Of a DNA stretch of 64,000 bases, positions 1-11,273 are shown piece by piece (position 1 is the stretch's first letter; each line of letters begins with the position of its first letter). Under the pieces are notes generated by a model, which was not told the DNA's origin, did no database searches, and saw only the letters and a program-made list of their open reading frames with translations. Where the stretch lies: assembly GCA_014238055.1 (NCBI GenBank), contig JABABV010000001.1, positions 69,368 to 133,367 of the forward strand, in the 5' to 3' direction. The translations under genes and the position numbers were made by a program. The stretch is from Mycoplasmatales bacterium. Lineage in GTDB: Bacteria > Bacillota_I > Bacilli_A > Mycoplasmatales > JABABV01.

Positions 1-267
1 TGAGAGAGCTATATATTTATGTACGTAAGTGGAAAGTTTAGATAATTTTTTTATTATATTAGACTCTTTTAACATTATTTTTGGAGTTAAGACTAAATAT
101 ATTTTATTTCCTGAAATAGTTTTTACTGGTATTTTATGAGCGTAGTGGAAACGATACTCTTTTACATTGTTTCATACTATTTCATTATAATTTTTTCCCA
201 AAATTTTGATAATGTTTTTTTTAGATAAATACTTATCATCTGTAAATTTGGTGTAAAATTTATTCAT
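1..267 (-). CDS. 5' part of a CDS running off the window edge, possibly the N-terminus of a Fic-family protein
   Basis: ATG at 267 with AAGGA upstream. Open to position 1 with TGA=Trp: MNKFYTKFTDDKYLSKKNIIKILGKNYNEIVWNNVKEYRF... The Fic resemblance is a recollection only, and no catalytic motif is in the window. Confidence 0.55.
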
Positions 268-385
268 TTTATTGTTCCTTTGTTTTTATTTTTAATACAT
301 CCCTCTATTTTTATTATATCTTAAATTTAAATAATTTTAGTAATATATTAGTTATTTATAATGCCTTTTATATAAAAATAATAAT

Positions 386-416
386 AAAAAAAACCAACTC
401 TTCAGTTGGCTTTTTT
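386..416. terminator. Rho-independent terminator-like hairpin
   Basis: A-run, CCAACT, short loop, AGTTGG, T-run. Confidence 0.65.
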
Positions 417-651
417 AAAATTATTAAATTATATAATTTTACAAAATACTTATTATAAATTATGTTTTGCAAAATTCGAATATAGAAAAATAAAATTATT
501 TGAATATAGGATGTTACAATAAAAATAAATAAAATAATGAATATATAAGAGTAAAGTATAAATGAACTAAAAAGTTCTTAAAATGAAAAATAAATAAAGT
601 AATCTTTTGTGCATTTTACCCACTTAAAATAAAACGCTTTACCATTATAAC

Positions 652-689
652 AAAAAAAATATAATTTGTAAAGACAAATTATATTTTTT
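652..689 (-). terminator. lepA terminator
   Basis: Inverted repeat AAAAAATATAATTTGT-AAAG-ACAAATTATATTTTTT at the lepA stop. Confidence 0.75.
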
Positions 690-2505
690 AGTCAGAAATT
701 TTTAAAACCGCAACGAAAGCTTCTTGTGGTAAATCTACTTTACCAATAGATTTTAATTTCTTCTTACCTTTTTTCTGTTTCTCTAATAATTTTTTCTTTC
801 TAGTGATGTCTCCACCATAACATTTAGAAAGAACATTTTTTCGAGTAGCTTTAACTGTTTCTCTAGCTATAACTTGAGAACCAATAGCAGCTTGAATCGG
901 GATTTCAAAATTTTGTTTTGGAATAATTAATTTTAAACTTTTAACTAATTCTCGTCCACGATAAAACGCTTTTTTACGATGCACTATTAAAGACAGAGCA
1001 TCTACAACTTCACCATTTAATAATATATTCATTTTTACTAAATCCGATTTTTTATATCCTGTTAATTCATAATCGAAAGAAGCGTATCCTTGAGAAATCG
1101 ATTTTAAGTTATCGAAAAAGTCAAAGACTATTTCTCCTAAAGGAATTGTATAAATCAAAATTCTTCTATCTTGATCAACGTATTTTAGATCAATATATTG
1201 ACCTCGTTTTTTTTGACATAATTCCATTAATGGTCCAATATATTTTTCTGGCGTCATTATCGTTGCCTTAATATAAGGTTCTTCAACTCTATCAATCATT
1301 TGTCTGTTAGGAAAGTTTGCAGGATTATCAATTTTTAAAAGATCACCATTAGTTTTATAAATATGATATTCAACTGATGGAGCTGTCGCAATTAACGGAA
1401 TGTTATATTCTCGTTCTAATCGTTCTTGGATTATTTCCATATGTAATAATCCTAAAAACCCAATTCTAAAACCAAAACCTAAAGCTTTAGAGCTTTCGGG
1501 TTCGAAAACTAACGAACTATCAGATAATAAAATTTTATGTAAAGCATCTTTTAAGTCTTGATATTTAGCATTATCGATTGGATAGAAACCACAAAACACC
1601 ATAGGGTTTAATTTTTTATACCCCGGAAGAGCTGTTAAACAAGCGTTTTCCGCACCAGTTATAGTGTCTCCAATATGAATTTTACTAATATCTTTAATGT
1701 TAGCTGAAATTCAACCAACTTCTCCAGCTCTAAGTGAATCTTGACTTATTTCTTGAGGAACTTTAATTCCTATATCGGTAACTTCACAAATAAAATTATT
1801 AGAAAATAATTTTATTTTATCGCCTAACGAAATAACACCTTCTTTAACTCTTAGAAAAATAACTGCCCCTCTATAAGAATCAAAGTATGAATCAAAAATT
1901 AAACATTTTAAAGGTTTTGAATCATCAGCATCTGCTGGATAAGGAATATGATCTACTACATATTCTAAAACTTTTTCAACGTTTAAACCGTTTTTAGCAG
2001 ATATTCTTGGCGCTTCACTAGCGTCTAATCCTATAGTTGTAGCTATCTCTTCAGATACTTTTTCTGGATTCGCACTAGCCAAATCAATTTTATTTATAAC
2101 TGGTAATACTTCCAGATTATTATCTAATGCTAAATATACATTCGCTAAAGTTTGCGCTTCGATACCTTGACTAGCGTCAACAACTAATAAAGCACCTTCA
2201 CACGCCGCCATAGAACGAGATACTTCGTACGTAAAGTCTACGTGGCCAGGAGTATCGATTAAATTAAATATATATTCTTTATCAGTTCTTTTATCTAAAT
2301 ATTTCAATTGAACTGCATTCAATTTAATAGTTATTCCTCGTTCTTGTTCTAATTCCATAGAATCTAACATCTGTTCTTTAATATCTCTACTTTTAACAGT
2401 ATTAGTTAATTCTAACAAACGATCTGCTAGCGTAGATTTACCGTGATCTATATGAGCAATGATAGAGAAATTTCTAATTAATTTTTTATCTATTATTTTT
2501 GACAT
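688..2505 (-). CDS. lepA: Translation elongation factor 4 (LepA)
   Basis: [26 protein letters not shown] and C-terminal [18 protein letters not shown]. Two ORF fragments join in frame through TGA at 1711. AAGGAG precedes ATG 2505. Confidence 0.97.
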
Positions 2506-2577
2506 ACTTATTGATGACTCCTTCAACGAAAATGTATTTTACTTGTAAACATTTTAACATATTATAGTTTTAAAGAA

Positions 2578-3111
2578 TTAATTTTTCGAAAAATAATTAT
2601 TCGATATTTCTTTAAGTGTTTTTATTTTAAGCGATAAAACCATAACTATAGGTATAACTACTACATATTGAATTATATTTCCAATAATATCTGCTATCGC
2701 TACAGATTCTCCATATATAATTAAATCTCAAAAATAATAAATTATAATAATTGAAGAACTAGCTAATAATAAAGATAAAAATAAAATAAAATAACTTTCC
2801 ATATTATTGAACGTCAGTTTTTTAGTCATTACAATTATTATTAAAGTTGAAACAACTCTACTAACAAAGGTAGCTGGTGCATAAATTGGCAATTGAATTA
2901 AATCACTAATCATTAACGGAACAATAGCAACAATCATGAAAGGTCATTTACAATACATAATGATTAATAAAAAACAAATGACATCGGCGAATTCAATTTC
3001 TCCTTGAACAGGAGCACTATATTTTATGCTAAAAAATGAAGTTACTAAAACTAAAGCACTCATAATTGATATTATGCTTATGTTAGTAATTAACTTATGA
3101 TTCTTGTTCAT
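2578..3111 (-). CDS. ECF transporter S component (membrane protein)
   Basis: 177 aa, multi-TM, with IMSALVLVTSF, EIEFAD and YAPATFVSR patterns typical of S components. Confidence 0.65.
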
Positions 3112-3136
3112 TATATTTTTTCCCCTGACACTTTAA

Positions 3137-4084
3137 TTATTTCAAAATTTCTCCAACATTAAATATATTATTTCCTTTAATAAAATCTCTAATTTTCATT
3201 TTAGATTTATTAGGTCAAGTAATTTCTTCTATTAAAATAGCTTTTAGACTTGCTGTTTTAACTAATATTCCATTCTCGTCAACTTTTAAGACTGTTCCTG
3301 GGATTAATTTATCATTTTGATTAATTATATCGACCATTGATGATTTAGTTATTTTAAACGTAGTTTCGTTATATTTAGAAATAGCTATTGGCCAAGGAAA
3401 CAATCCTCTAATTTGATTGTTTATAATATCGGCGTTTTCATTTCATTTAACTAATCTATCAGTCTTAGATATATTAAGTCCAAAAGTTGGAGTTCCAATG
3501 TCAGATTGCTTTATGACACTAAAATTTTTTGTAATTATTTTTTGTAATCAATCTTCTATTTTTAATGTTGCTAATTCAGATAATTTATTATGTACTGTAC
3601 CAAAATTATCATTATCTTCAATAGTAATTTTTGATTGAAAAATAATATCTCCTGCATCCATTTTCTTCTCCATATGCATTAAAGTAATACCTGTTTGAGG
3701 TAAACCATTTATAATCGCATGATGAATCGGAGCTCCACCGCGTAAAGATGGCAGTAAAGAACCATGAATATTTAGAGATGTTAATTTAGCCATTTTTAAA
3801 ATTTTATCAGAAATAAATTGACCATAAGCACAAGTTAATAAAATATCATGATTTAAAACTTCTAATAAATCACTGTTTTCATTTATATTTACAGGTTGTA
3901 GTAATTTTATTTTATACTTTAAAGCTAATTGTTTTACAGCAGAAAAAATAATTTTATGCTTTCTTTTACTAGGACGGTCTGGTTGAGTTATTATCGCAAC
4001 TACTTCAAAGTTTTTATTATTAATTATTTTTTCAAAAATAGGTACCGGAAATTCTGGTGTTCCTGCTAGAATAATTTTAACCAT
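3137..4084 (-). CDS. fmt: Methionyl-tRNA formyltransferase
   Basis: AGTPEF, TQPDRP, NIHGSLLPSLRGGAPIH, MDAGDI; reads through TGA to TAA at 3137. Confidence 0.96.
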
Positions 4085-4100
4085 AATTATTTTCTCTTTT

Positions 4101-5699
4101 CTACTTAATTAATTCTTGAATTTTATCAAATAAAATAACCATCGCTAAAGTATCTTGATTACAATATTTTAACATATTTTCACGATAATCATTTATTCAA
4201 CTATCTCAACTTATTTCTGAACATATTCTTTGTCTAAATGTAAAAGATGCTTGATCGCCTTTTTTGATTTCTAAATTATCATAAGAAAAATCTTTTTCAA
4301 AAGCTGGTAAAGTTGCTTTTATCGAACTTTTACCTCTAAAATCATAATGATAAATTCATAATTTTTTGAAGAAATCTATTAAATCTACAAAATTTTCAGC
4401 AATTAAATTTAACTCTTCGTCAAATTCAGGAAACAAACTAGCCATACGAATAATTCTGCTTATTTCAAAACTTTTATTATAAGCAACGTTAGTTCCTGGA
4501 CCGTGTTTTGTTAAATCTTTAATCATTTGTTCGCATAGTGCACGACGATCGTCTGTTTTACCATCACTTAAATATTCATAATGTTTAATGTTTTTCAATG
4601 TTTTTCAATCGAAATCATCATTCAAAATCACATGTAACGAATATTGAAACACTTGCTGTTCGTAAGGTTTAGTATTATTAAATTTTGGTATAGCTGATTT
4701 TCAAGTTTCAAAATCAATCATATACAAAGGATATTTATAATTTAATAATTCTTTTTTTATTAACTCAGTTTCTAAATATATTTTTTTATTAGCAATACTA
4801 TATTGTTGAACTCTTAATCTATTGCGAGCGTTATGAGTTGTTAAATCTTTAGGACTAATTTCTAGAATTCTTTTATAACCATGATCATAAAGTAATTCGC
4901 CTAATTTCTTAACTCTGATTCCAGATAATTCTGATAAACTATCTCTCATCGGAAATTTTTCAATTGAATTTAAACAAAATTTATTAACATAAAATTCACA
5001 ACCACTACATTGAGAACCAATATTGATAGTTGGTAATTCTTGTTCAGAATTATTAGTAATAATTTTATCTACTATTTCTTTAAAATCATTATTTTCAGAT
5101 CATTTTTCAATATATTGAAAAAAAGTTAATTGTGATTTTTTACTATAAGAAAATAAATCACTAATAACAAATAATTTATTTAAATCTAAATCTCCTATTC
5201 TCGTATAATTTTTATTTAAATACATCAATTTAATATTATTAATTTTTAAACCTAATTTTGTTAAAGCAAAATATTGAAACATAACATCTAAACCATGATC
5301 GGACTTAACGCTAGTTGTTCCTTTAACTTCGATAAGAGTGTAACTATTATCTTTTTTATTCAAAATTAATACGTCTGGTTTAACAGCGACTTTTTTATCA
5401 CTAAAAAATCCTTCAAAGATAACTTCTATTTTATTTTCGATGGCTTTTTTAGTAGCTGTTATTTTATTTGATTCATTTTCATAAATGTCGATATTTAAAT
5501 AAGTTTTATATTTAGTTTTAAAATATTCTCTCGCAATTTCTCCGGTTTCATTTCCGTCTACGATAGATTCTTTTACTTCGTTAATTTTTAAATATTCTTT
5601 TACATCAGTAATGTTTGAATTTAAATTATTTTTATCAGTTAATCAAGAAAGTCTTTTACATTTTAAAAATGCAATAAAGTGTTGTTTTGTGATTCTCAT
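4101..5699 (-). CDS. DUF2779-type protein: N-terminal PD-(D/E)XK Cas4-like nuclease plus C-terminal DEDD/RNase H-like exonuclease
   Basis: 532 aa with TGA=Trp. Motifs KPDVLI...LIEVKGTT, MIDFET, VFQYSLH, VAYNKSFE, GKSSIKATLP, LKYCNQDTLAM. Confidence 0.8.
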
Positions 5700-5722
5700 T
5701 TTTTATTTAAAAAATATTAAAC

Positions 5723-6004
5723 TTATAATAAGTTTAATATTTTACCTCTAGACATTCTACTGACAGTCACTACAACTTTACTAGACTCATCTATAACTGC
5801 ATACATATCATAGTTTTTATTATGATCACTGATGCTGACATATAAATAATTTTGATAAATAAATTGATAAGTACTTTTCATAATTAAACTAGAAATATAT
5901 TTTTTAACAGATAATCTTTGGTTGCTAGGTAATTCTATACGTTCTTTAATTCGTTGTAGGGCGTGGTTAGAGAATATATAAGGTTCTTTAGAATAATAAG
6001 ACAT
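5723..6004 (-). CDS. Small hypothetical protein with a BECR/DUF4258-like signature
   Basis: 93 aa with N-terminal FSNHALQRIKER and C-terminal VVVTV strand. Confidence 0.6.
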   Translation of the reverse strand: MSYYSKEPYIFSNHALQRIKERIELPSNQRLSVKKYISSLIMKSTYQFIYQNYLYVSISDHNKNYDMYAVIDESSKVVVTVSRMSRGKILNLL

Positions 6005-6014
6005 TGAATTTTAT

Positions 6015-6350
6015 TTAACTTTTTTCTTTATCTTGGTCGACAGGTCTTTTTTTCTTAAATACATTCTTGATTTTACGGAACCCTTTTTTAATTATTCCTT
6101 CACTGACTACAACAGTTTTTCCGGCAGCATGTTTAGTTTTATTAACTAAATCGTGTTTTTGAATAAATTCTTTTGATTCTACTACTACTTTTTTAGTAAC
6201 ATCTTTAGTAAGTCCTACACCTTCGTGTAAAATCTCTTTAGTAGACTTCGGTGGATTTACTGGTTTTTTAGTTTCCGGTTTTTTTGCAATTGGTTTTTTT
6301 GCAATTGGTTTTTTAACCGTTGTTTTAGTTGGTTTTTTAGTTGTTGCCAT
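6015..6350 (-). CDS. Lysine-rich hypothetical protein with KKP repeats
   Basis: 111 aa, KKPTK-TTV-KKPIA-KKPIA-KKPET-KKPV; GAGGTG before ATG. Confidence 0.8.
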   Translation of the reverse strand: MATTKKPTKTTVKKPIAKKPIAKKPETKKPVNPPKSTKEILHEGVGLTKDVTKKVVVESKEFIQKHDLVNKTKHAAGKTVVVSEGIIKKGFRKIKNVFKKKRPVDQDKEKS

Positions 6351-6352
6351 AA

Positions 6353-6958
6353 TTACACCTCATTTTTAAGTTTTAAATTTAATTGAGCATTAAGATCTCT
6401 GTTAATTATCGGACAAATTTTATAATGATCGTTGTAATGCATTTCGAATACACTAGTTATTGAAAATGCTGTAATGGCAAAAGTAGTTACGCTTGCCATA
6501 GTAATATAGGAATATATAGAATCATTTTTATTAGTAATTAAATTTATTACTTCAAAAATAAATAAAGTAAACAAAGTTAATCAAGTTGTATCTATTAAAA
6601 TTTGAGTATGAATTAATAAGTTTTTAAATAATTTAGATAAACAAAAACTAATCAAAGTTAAAGTTAAAAAAGTAGCCATAAAAATTATTTGAAATTGTTC
6701 TTCTGAAGTTTTTATTATAAAAGTAAATAATAATAAAACTAACATAAGCACAAATATATCATAACTATACTCTAATAAAGTTTTGCTATTTCGGAATTTA
6801 AATATTATTAAAAAAAATAAAGATATTGTAGCCACTGTTGAAAGAACTACATATATTATATAAAATGGATTGATTAATATAATAGCTAAATAAACTATCA
6901 AGTAAAAAATCATAAATATGCTATATAACTTTGAAATTTCTTTCGCTCTATTTAACAT
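6353..6958 (-). CDS. Hypothetical multi-pass membrane protein
   Basis: Two ORF fragments join through TGA at 6581; GAGGTG before ATG 6958; about 5-6 hydrophobic segments. Confidence 0.75.
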
Positions 6959-7012
6959 ACTTCTTTTAAACACCTCTTACTTTACATTTTACTCTATACC
7001 TTTATAACTTAA

Positions 7013-7930
7013 TTATACTATTGCTGCAGAAATATCAAAAATTAAAATTTTTACGATCATATTATCGTTTTCAAAATTATTAATTTTTATTTGATACTTT
7101 AATAAAATTTTAAAAATATTATTTATTTTTTGCCAACTAATAAAATTAGATTTTTGTAAGAGTTTGCTCAGTCTATAAGAGTGTATTTTTAAAACATCGC
7201 TAATTTGATTTTCATTTTTATCCATAGCTAATAATGTTTTAATTTTGTAAATCAGCGTAAAGTGATTACTAATCAAACCAAATATTTGTCGAGGTTCATA
7301 ATTATTAATAATATTATTTTCATATATTTTTAATAGTTTACTATAATTTAATTTTCAAAGACCTTCTATTAATGCAAAAATATTATCTCTATTTTGCAAA
7401 TCACAATTATTTACAATATCTTTAATTGTAATATTATTTAAATCCTTCAATTTTAAAAATTCATTTTTAATGTCCATTAAATCAAAATTATTTTTTAATA
7501 AATAAAAATAAGCTTCTTTTGTTATTTTAATATTATTATTCGTTAAGAACATTTCCAAATCATTTTTATCTAAATTTTGATTATATTTATTTTTTTTACT
7601 ATTATCTATCTTCGTTAAACATTTATTGCTTAATTTTAAAAATTCTTTTTTAGAATCTGCACTAATAATTAAAATTTTAGATTTATCTTCAAAATTTCAA
7701 TTATTAATAAGTTCTTCAAACTCTTTCGTTTTAGAATAATTTATTATTTTAATAATTTTTTTATTTGAAAATAAATCATTGTTTACAAGACTATTTCAAA
7801 TTTGTAATTTATCATTAATTAAAATGTCATATTTTTCTATTATATAATCATTTAATTTATAAGTAGTCACTATTTCGTTAAATTCTTTTTGAATCCATTC
7901 TTTATTTTTACTAATCAATAAAAAAATCAT
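7013..7930 (-). CDS. holA: DNA polymerase III delta subunit
   Basis: 305 aa with NDLFSNKKIIKI and LKIHSYRL; directly downstream of comEC as in Firmicutes. Confidence 0.8.
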
Positions 7931-7944
7931 TGTTAAAATCACCG

Positions 7945-9279
7945 CTAATAATTATAACATTTTTTTACATATAAATATTCAATAATCCAAATTATAAATC
8001 ACAGTATTATAGTTATTATAAAAGTAATATTTAAACTCATATGAATATTTTTTAGTTCGATAATTAAGTTAAAATTATTTAATAAATCCATAACGTTAAC
8101 AGCGATACTATCTATTTCATTGATGAATATATTACTATTTGGAATAAAAATAAAAATTCATTGGCAAATATAAACAATTAAAATAATTGGATCCATAATT
8201 AAATTATTTATTACAGAACAAACATTAAAGTAACCATCTATATAAAAAATGATAGGTATTATCAATATATTAATTGCCGTTGATAAAATAAGACCTCTAT
8301 TAAATAGATTAATTTTACTAAAATATTTATTAATGTAATTATTAAAAAACAAAACTATTAAAGTGCAATAAAAACTTAAAATATATGATAGAGAAAAAAC
8401 GAAATAATAATTACTAAAGAGAAAAGTTATTCCCGATATAGACAATATATCTATATTAGTAAATTTCTTTTTTAAAAAATAATTATTTATGTAATTGAAA
8501 ATCAAAAAAGAACTTGCTCTTGTAGCTGATATTGGAAAACGAACGTAACATACGTACATAAAAATAACTGTTAAAGATATTAAGCTAATATATTTAAATT
8601 TAATTTTTTTAAAAGTTAAATAACGAATAACTTTATTTATAAAAAAATATAAAAAAGCAATATGAAATCCTGATACCGTCAATAAGTTAACGTAACCTCC
8701 TACTAAAGCATTACTATAGAGGACGCTACTAGTGTCGTTATTAATTAAAATTAAAGATTCTACAAATCATTTTAAAGCTTTTAAATTACTTGGAATATTT
8801 TTTACTTTATTTTCAAATGCATTATTACTATTTTTAGTTATTGTAATTTTTTGAGGCGTTAATTCGTAATTAATATTTAAACTTCTGAAATAAGTTTTGG
8901 CATTAAAGTTACTATCAGAGTGTTTATGTTTACTATTAGTTATCAAAACATATTTACCTTTATATTTGATCGTTTCGCCACTAATATATTGATAATGATT
9001 GTAATAGTTTATTTTATATTTTTTATAATGTTCTTTTACTATTAAATAATTTTTTTTAACTTTATATATTAAAGCGTGATGATTAATATAGTCGTTGCTA
9101 AATATCGTACTATTATGAATCAAAAATGCTGGAACAAATAATAAAGTAATTCATAATTTAGTGCCGTCATTTTTAATAGATATAAAAATAAGAATAATGA
9201 AAAAAATAAAAATTAATCACCAATAATTAAAAACTAACATGATTATAATTAAAATAATTAAAATTCAATTAAAAAACAT
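7945..9279 (-). CDS. comEC: ComEC-like DNA uptake membrane protein, no C-terminal metallo-beta-lactamase domain
   Basis: 444 aa with NFNAKTYFRS, LLTVSGFHIAF and PISATRAS; lies between comEA and holA. Confidence 0.85.
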
Positions 9280-9282
9280 ATA

Positions 9283-9759
9283 TTATAAAAAAAATCATTT
9301 TTTAATTTTAGAAACCGTTGTGACACCAATACCACTAATGTAAGATAAATCATCTATGTTTTTAATTATATGACTATGAATATATTTAAATATTAAATTA
9401 CTATTTTTAATATTTATTCCTGCTATTAAAAAATCGTTAATTGATGCTGATAATAAATATTTCTTTGTTTCGTGCCCTTTTAAAAAAGGTATATATACAT
9501 TTTCTTCTTTAGCTACGTGACGATAAATATTTATTTTACTAATATCAGAAAATAAACTTAATCCGCCTGCGCTATTAATAATATCTATCACTTTGGCATA
9601 TTTATAATTCGTGTACTTACCTGGATTATTGACTGAACCACTAATATAAAAATTATAAAAATTACTAGTATCATTAAAAAATATTTTTTTATTACTATCA
9701 ATTTCTATAGACGCAATCACTATTCCACTTAAGAATCAAATAAAAATTATTTTAAGCAT
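9283..9759 (-). CDS. comEA: ComEA-like DNA receptor (TM anchor, SLBB domain, HhH)
   Basis: YISGSVNNPGKY, DIINSAGG, DLSYISGIGVTTVSKIK; GGGGAGGT before ATG 9759. Confidence 0.85.
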
Positions 9760-9810
9760 AAAAAAACCTCCCCATTATACTATCGTAAAAATTGGGAGGT
9801 TTTCCTTTTT
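9760..9810 (-). terminator. pfkA-pyk terminator hairpin overlapping the comEA Shine-Dalgarno and a possible promoter
   Basis: Minus strand reads AAAACCTCCCAATTTTTACGATAGTATAATGGGGAGGTTTTTTT-ATG. Confidence 0.7.
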
Positions 9811-9817
9811 AATAAAA

Positions 9818-11248
9818 TTAAATTATTACTAATTCTCTAACTGTATCACGACGTGCAAATAAGATTTTTTCTCCTACTTGAGCACCTCATTTTTTAGCAA
9901 TCTTATTTAAAAGAACATCATTAATTTCATCCATGTTATCGATTAAATTCAAAAATATTCCATTTGAAATTCCGTAACAAGTTTTTAAATTAGACTCATC
10001 AACGATTCCGATTGTTAATGAATTAATACGCATTTTAGAAACAACATCTAATAAGTTTCCTGAACGAGATACAACGATTGTAAATCGATATGCTCCTTCT
10101 TGACATTTTAAAGCTAAATTGTAAGCAATATTTGCTCTCACTTTATCTTTAGTAGTTTCTAAAGCTTTCTTTAGAAATTTTTCATAATAACCTTTTCTAA
10201 AGAAATATCTTTCAGCAGTAACGTTAATACGAGACATAATTTTTACTGCTTCAAAAGGAAATTCCCCAACTGCAGATTCACCAGAAAGCATTGTTGCATC
10301 AGCACCTAATTCTGTTGCAAAAAATACATCAGTAACTTCAGCTCTAGTTGGTGAAGGATTTTCTAGCATTGATTCTAACATTTGAGTAGCTACGATAACT
10401 GGTTTTCCAGCTTCTAAACATTTACGAATACATAATTTTTCAAATCCAGGAACTTCGTAATAAGGAACTTCTAATCCTAAATCACCACGAGCAATCATAA
10501 TACTGTCAGCAGCTTTAATGATTGAATCAATATTATCTACTCCTAATTGCGATTCAATTTTAGCGATAATACGAATAGTTGTATTATTATAAATTTCTAA
10601 TATTTTACGAATTTGTAAAATATCATGAACTGAATTAACGAAAGATGCAGCGATATAATCTACTCCATTTTCAATTCCAAATTTAATATCTTGTTTATCT
10701 TTGTCAGATAGAAAAGGCATTGATAACGCTACGCCTGGTAAATTAATACGTTTATTAGTTTTTAAAAGATGATTATTTACAGCAATAGTACGAATTAAAC
10801 CTGGTTCAACAGATTTTATATCTAAAATTAATTTACCATCATCTAAAAGAATTTTTTGTCCAGCTTTTAAATCATTACTCATATCATAAGAAACTGTAAT
10901 TTCTTTACTAGTACCTAAAAGATTTTTATAATCAATTAAATTACTTTTAACGATAACTTCAGTATTTTTAGCGATCATTTGACCACCAGATTCCATTTTT
11001 CCAACACGAATTTCTGGACCTTTAGTATCTAACATCGTTGAAATTGGACGATCTAATTCTTTAGAAGCTTCTTTTGCTCATTTAATTCTTTGTACGTGTT
11101 CGTCATAAGTACCATGAGAAAAATTTAATCTAACTGTGTTCATTCCACATTCAAATAATTTGATCATGCTTTCTTTTGAATCTGTGGCTGGACCAATTGT
11201 AGTAATTATTTTAGTTCTTTTTAAAATTTCTAATTGATTTTTTTGCAT
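9818..11248 (-). CDS. pyk: Pyruvate kinase
   Basis: RTKIITTIGPA, RLNFSHG, LDTKGPEIR, IAKIESQ, MIARGDLG, ATQMLESM. Confidence 0.97.
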
Positions 11249-11273
11249 TTGATGCATCTCCTTAATCGATTTT

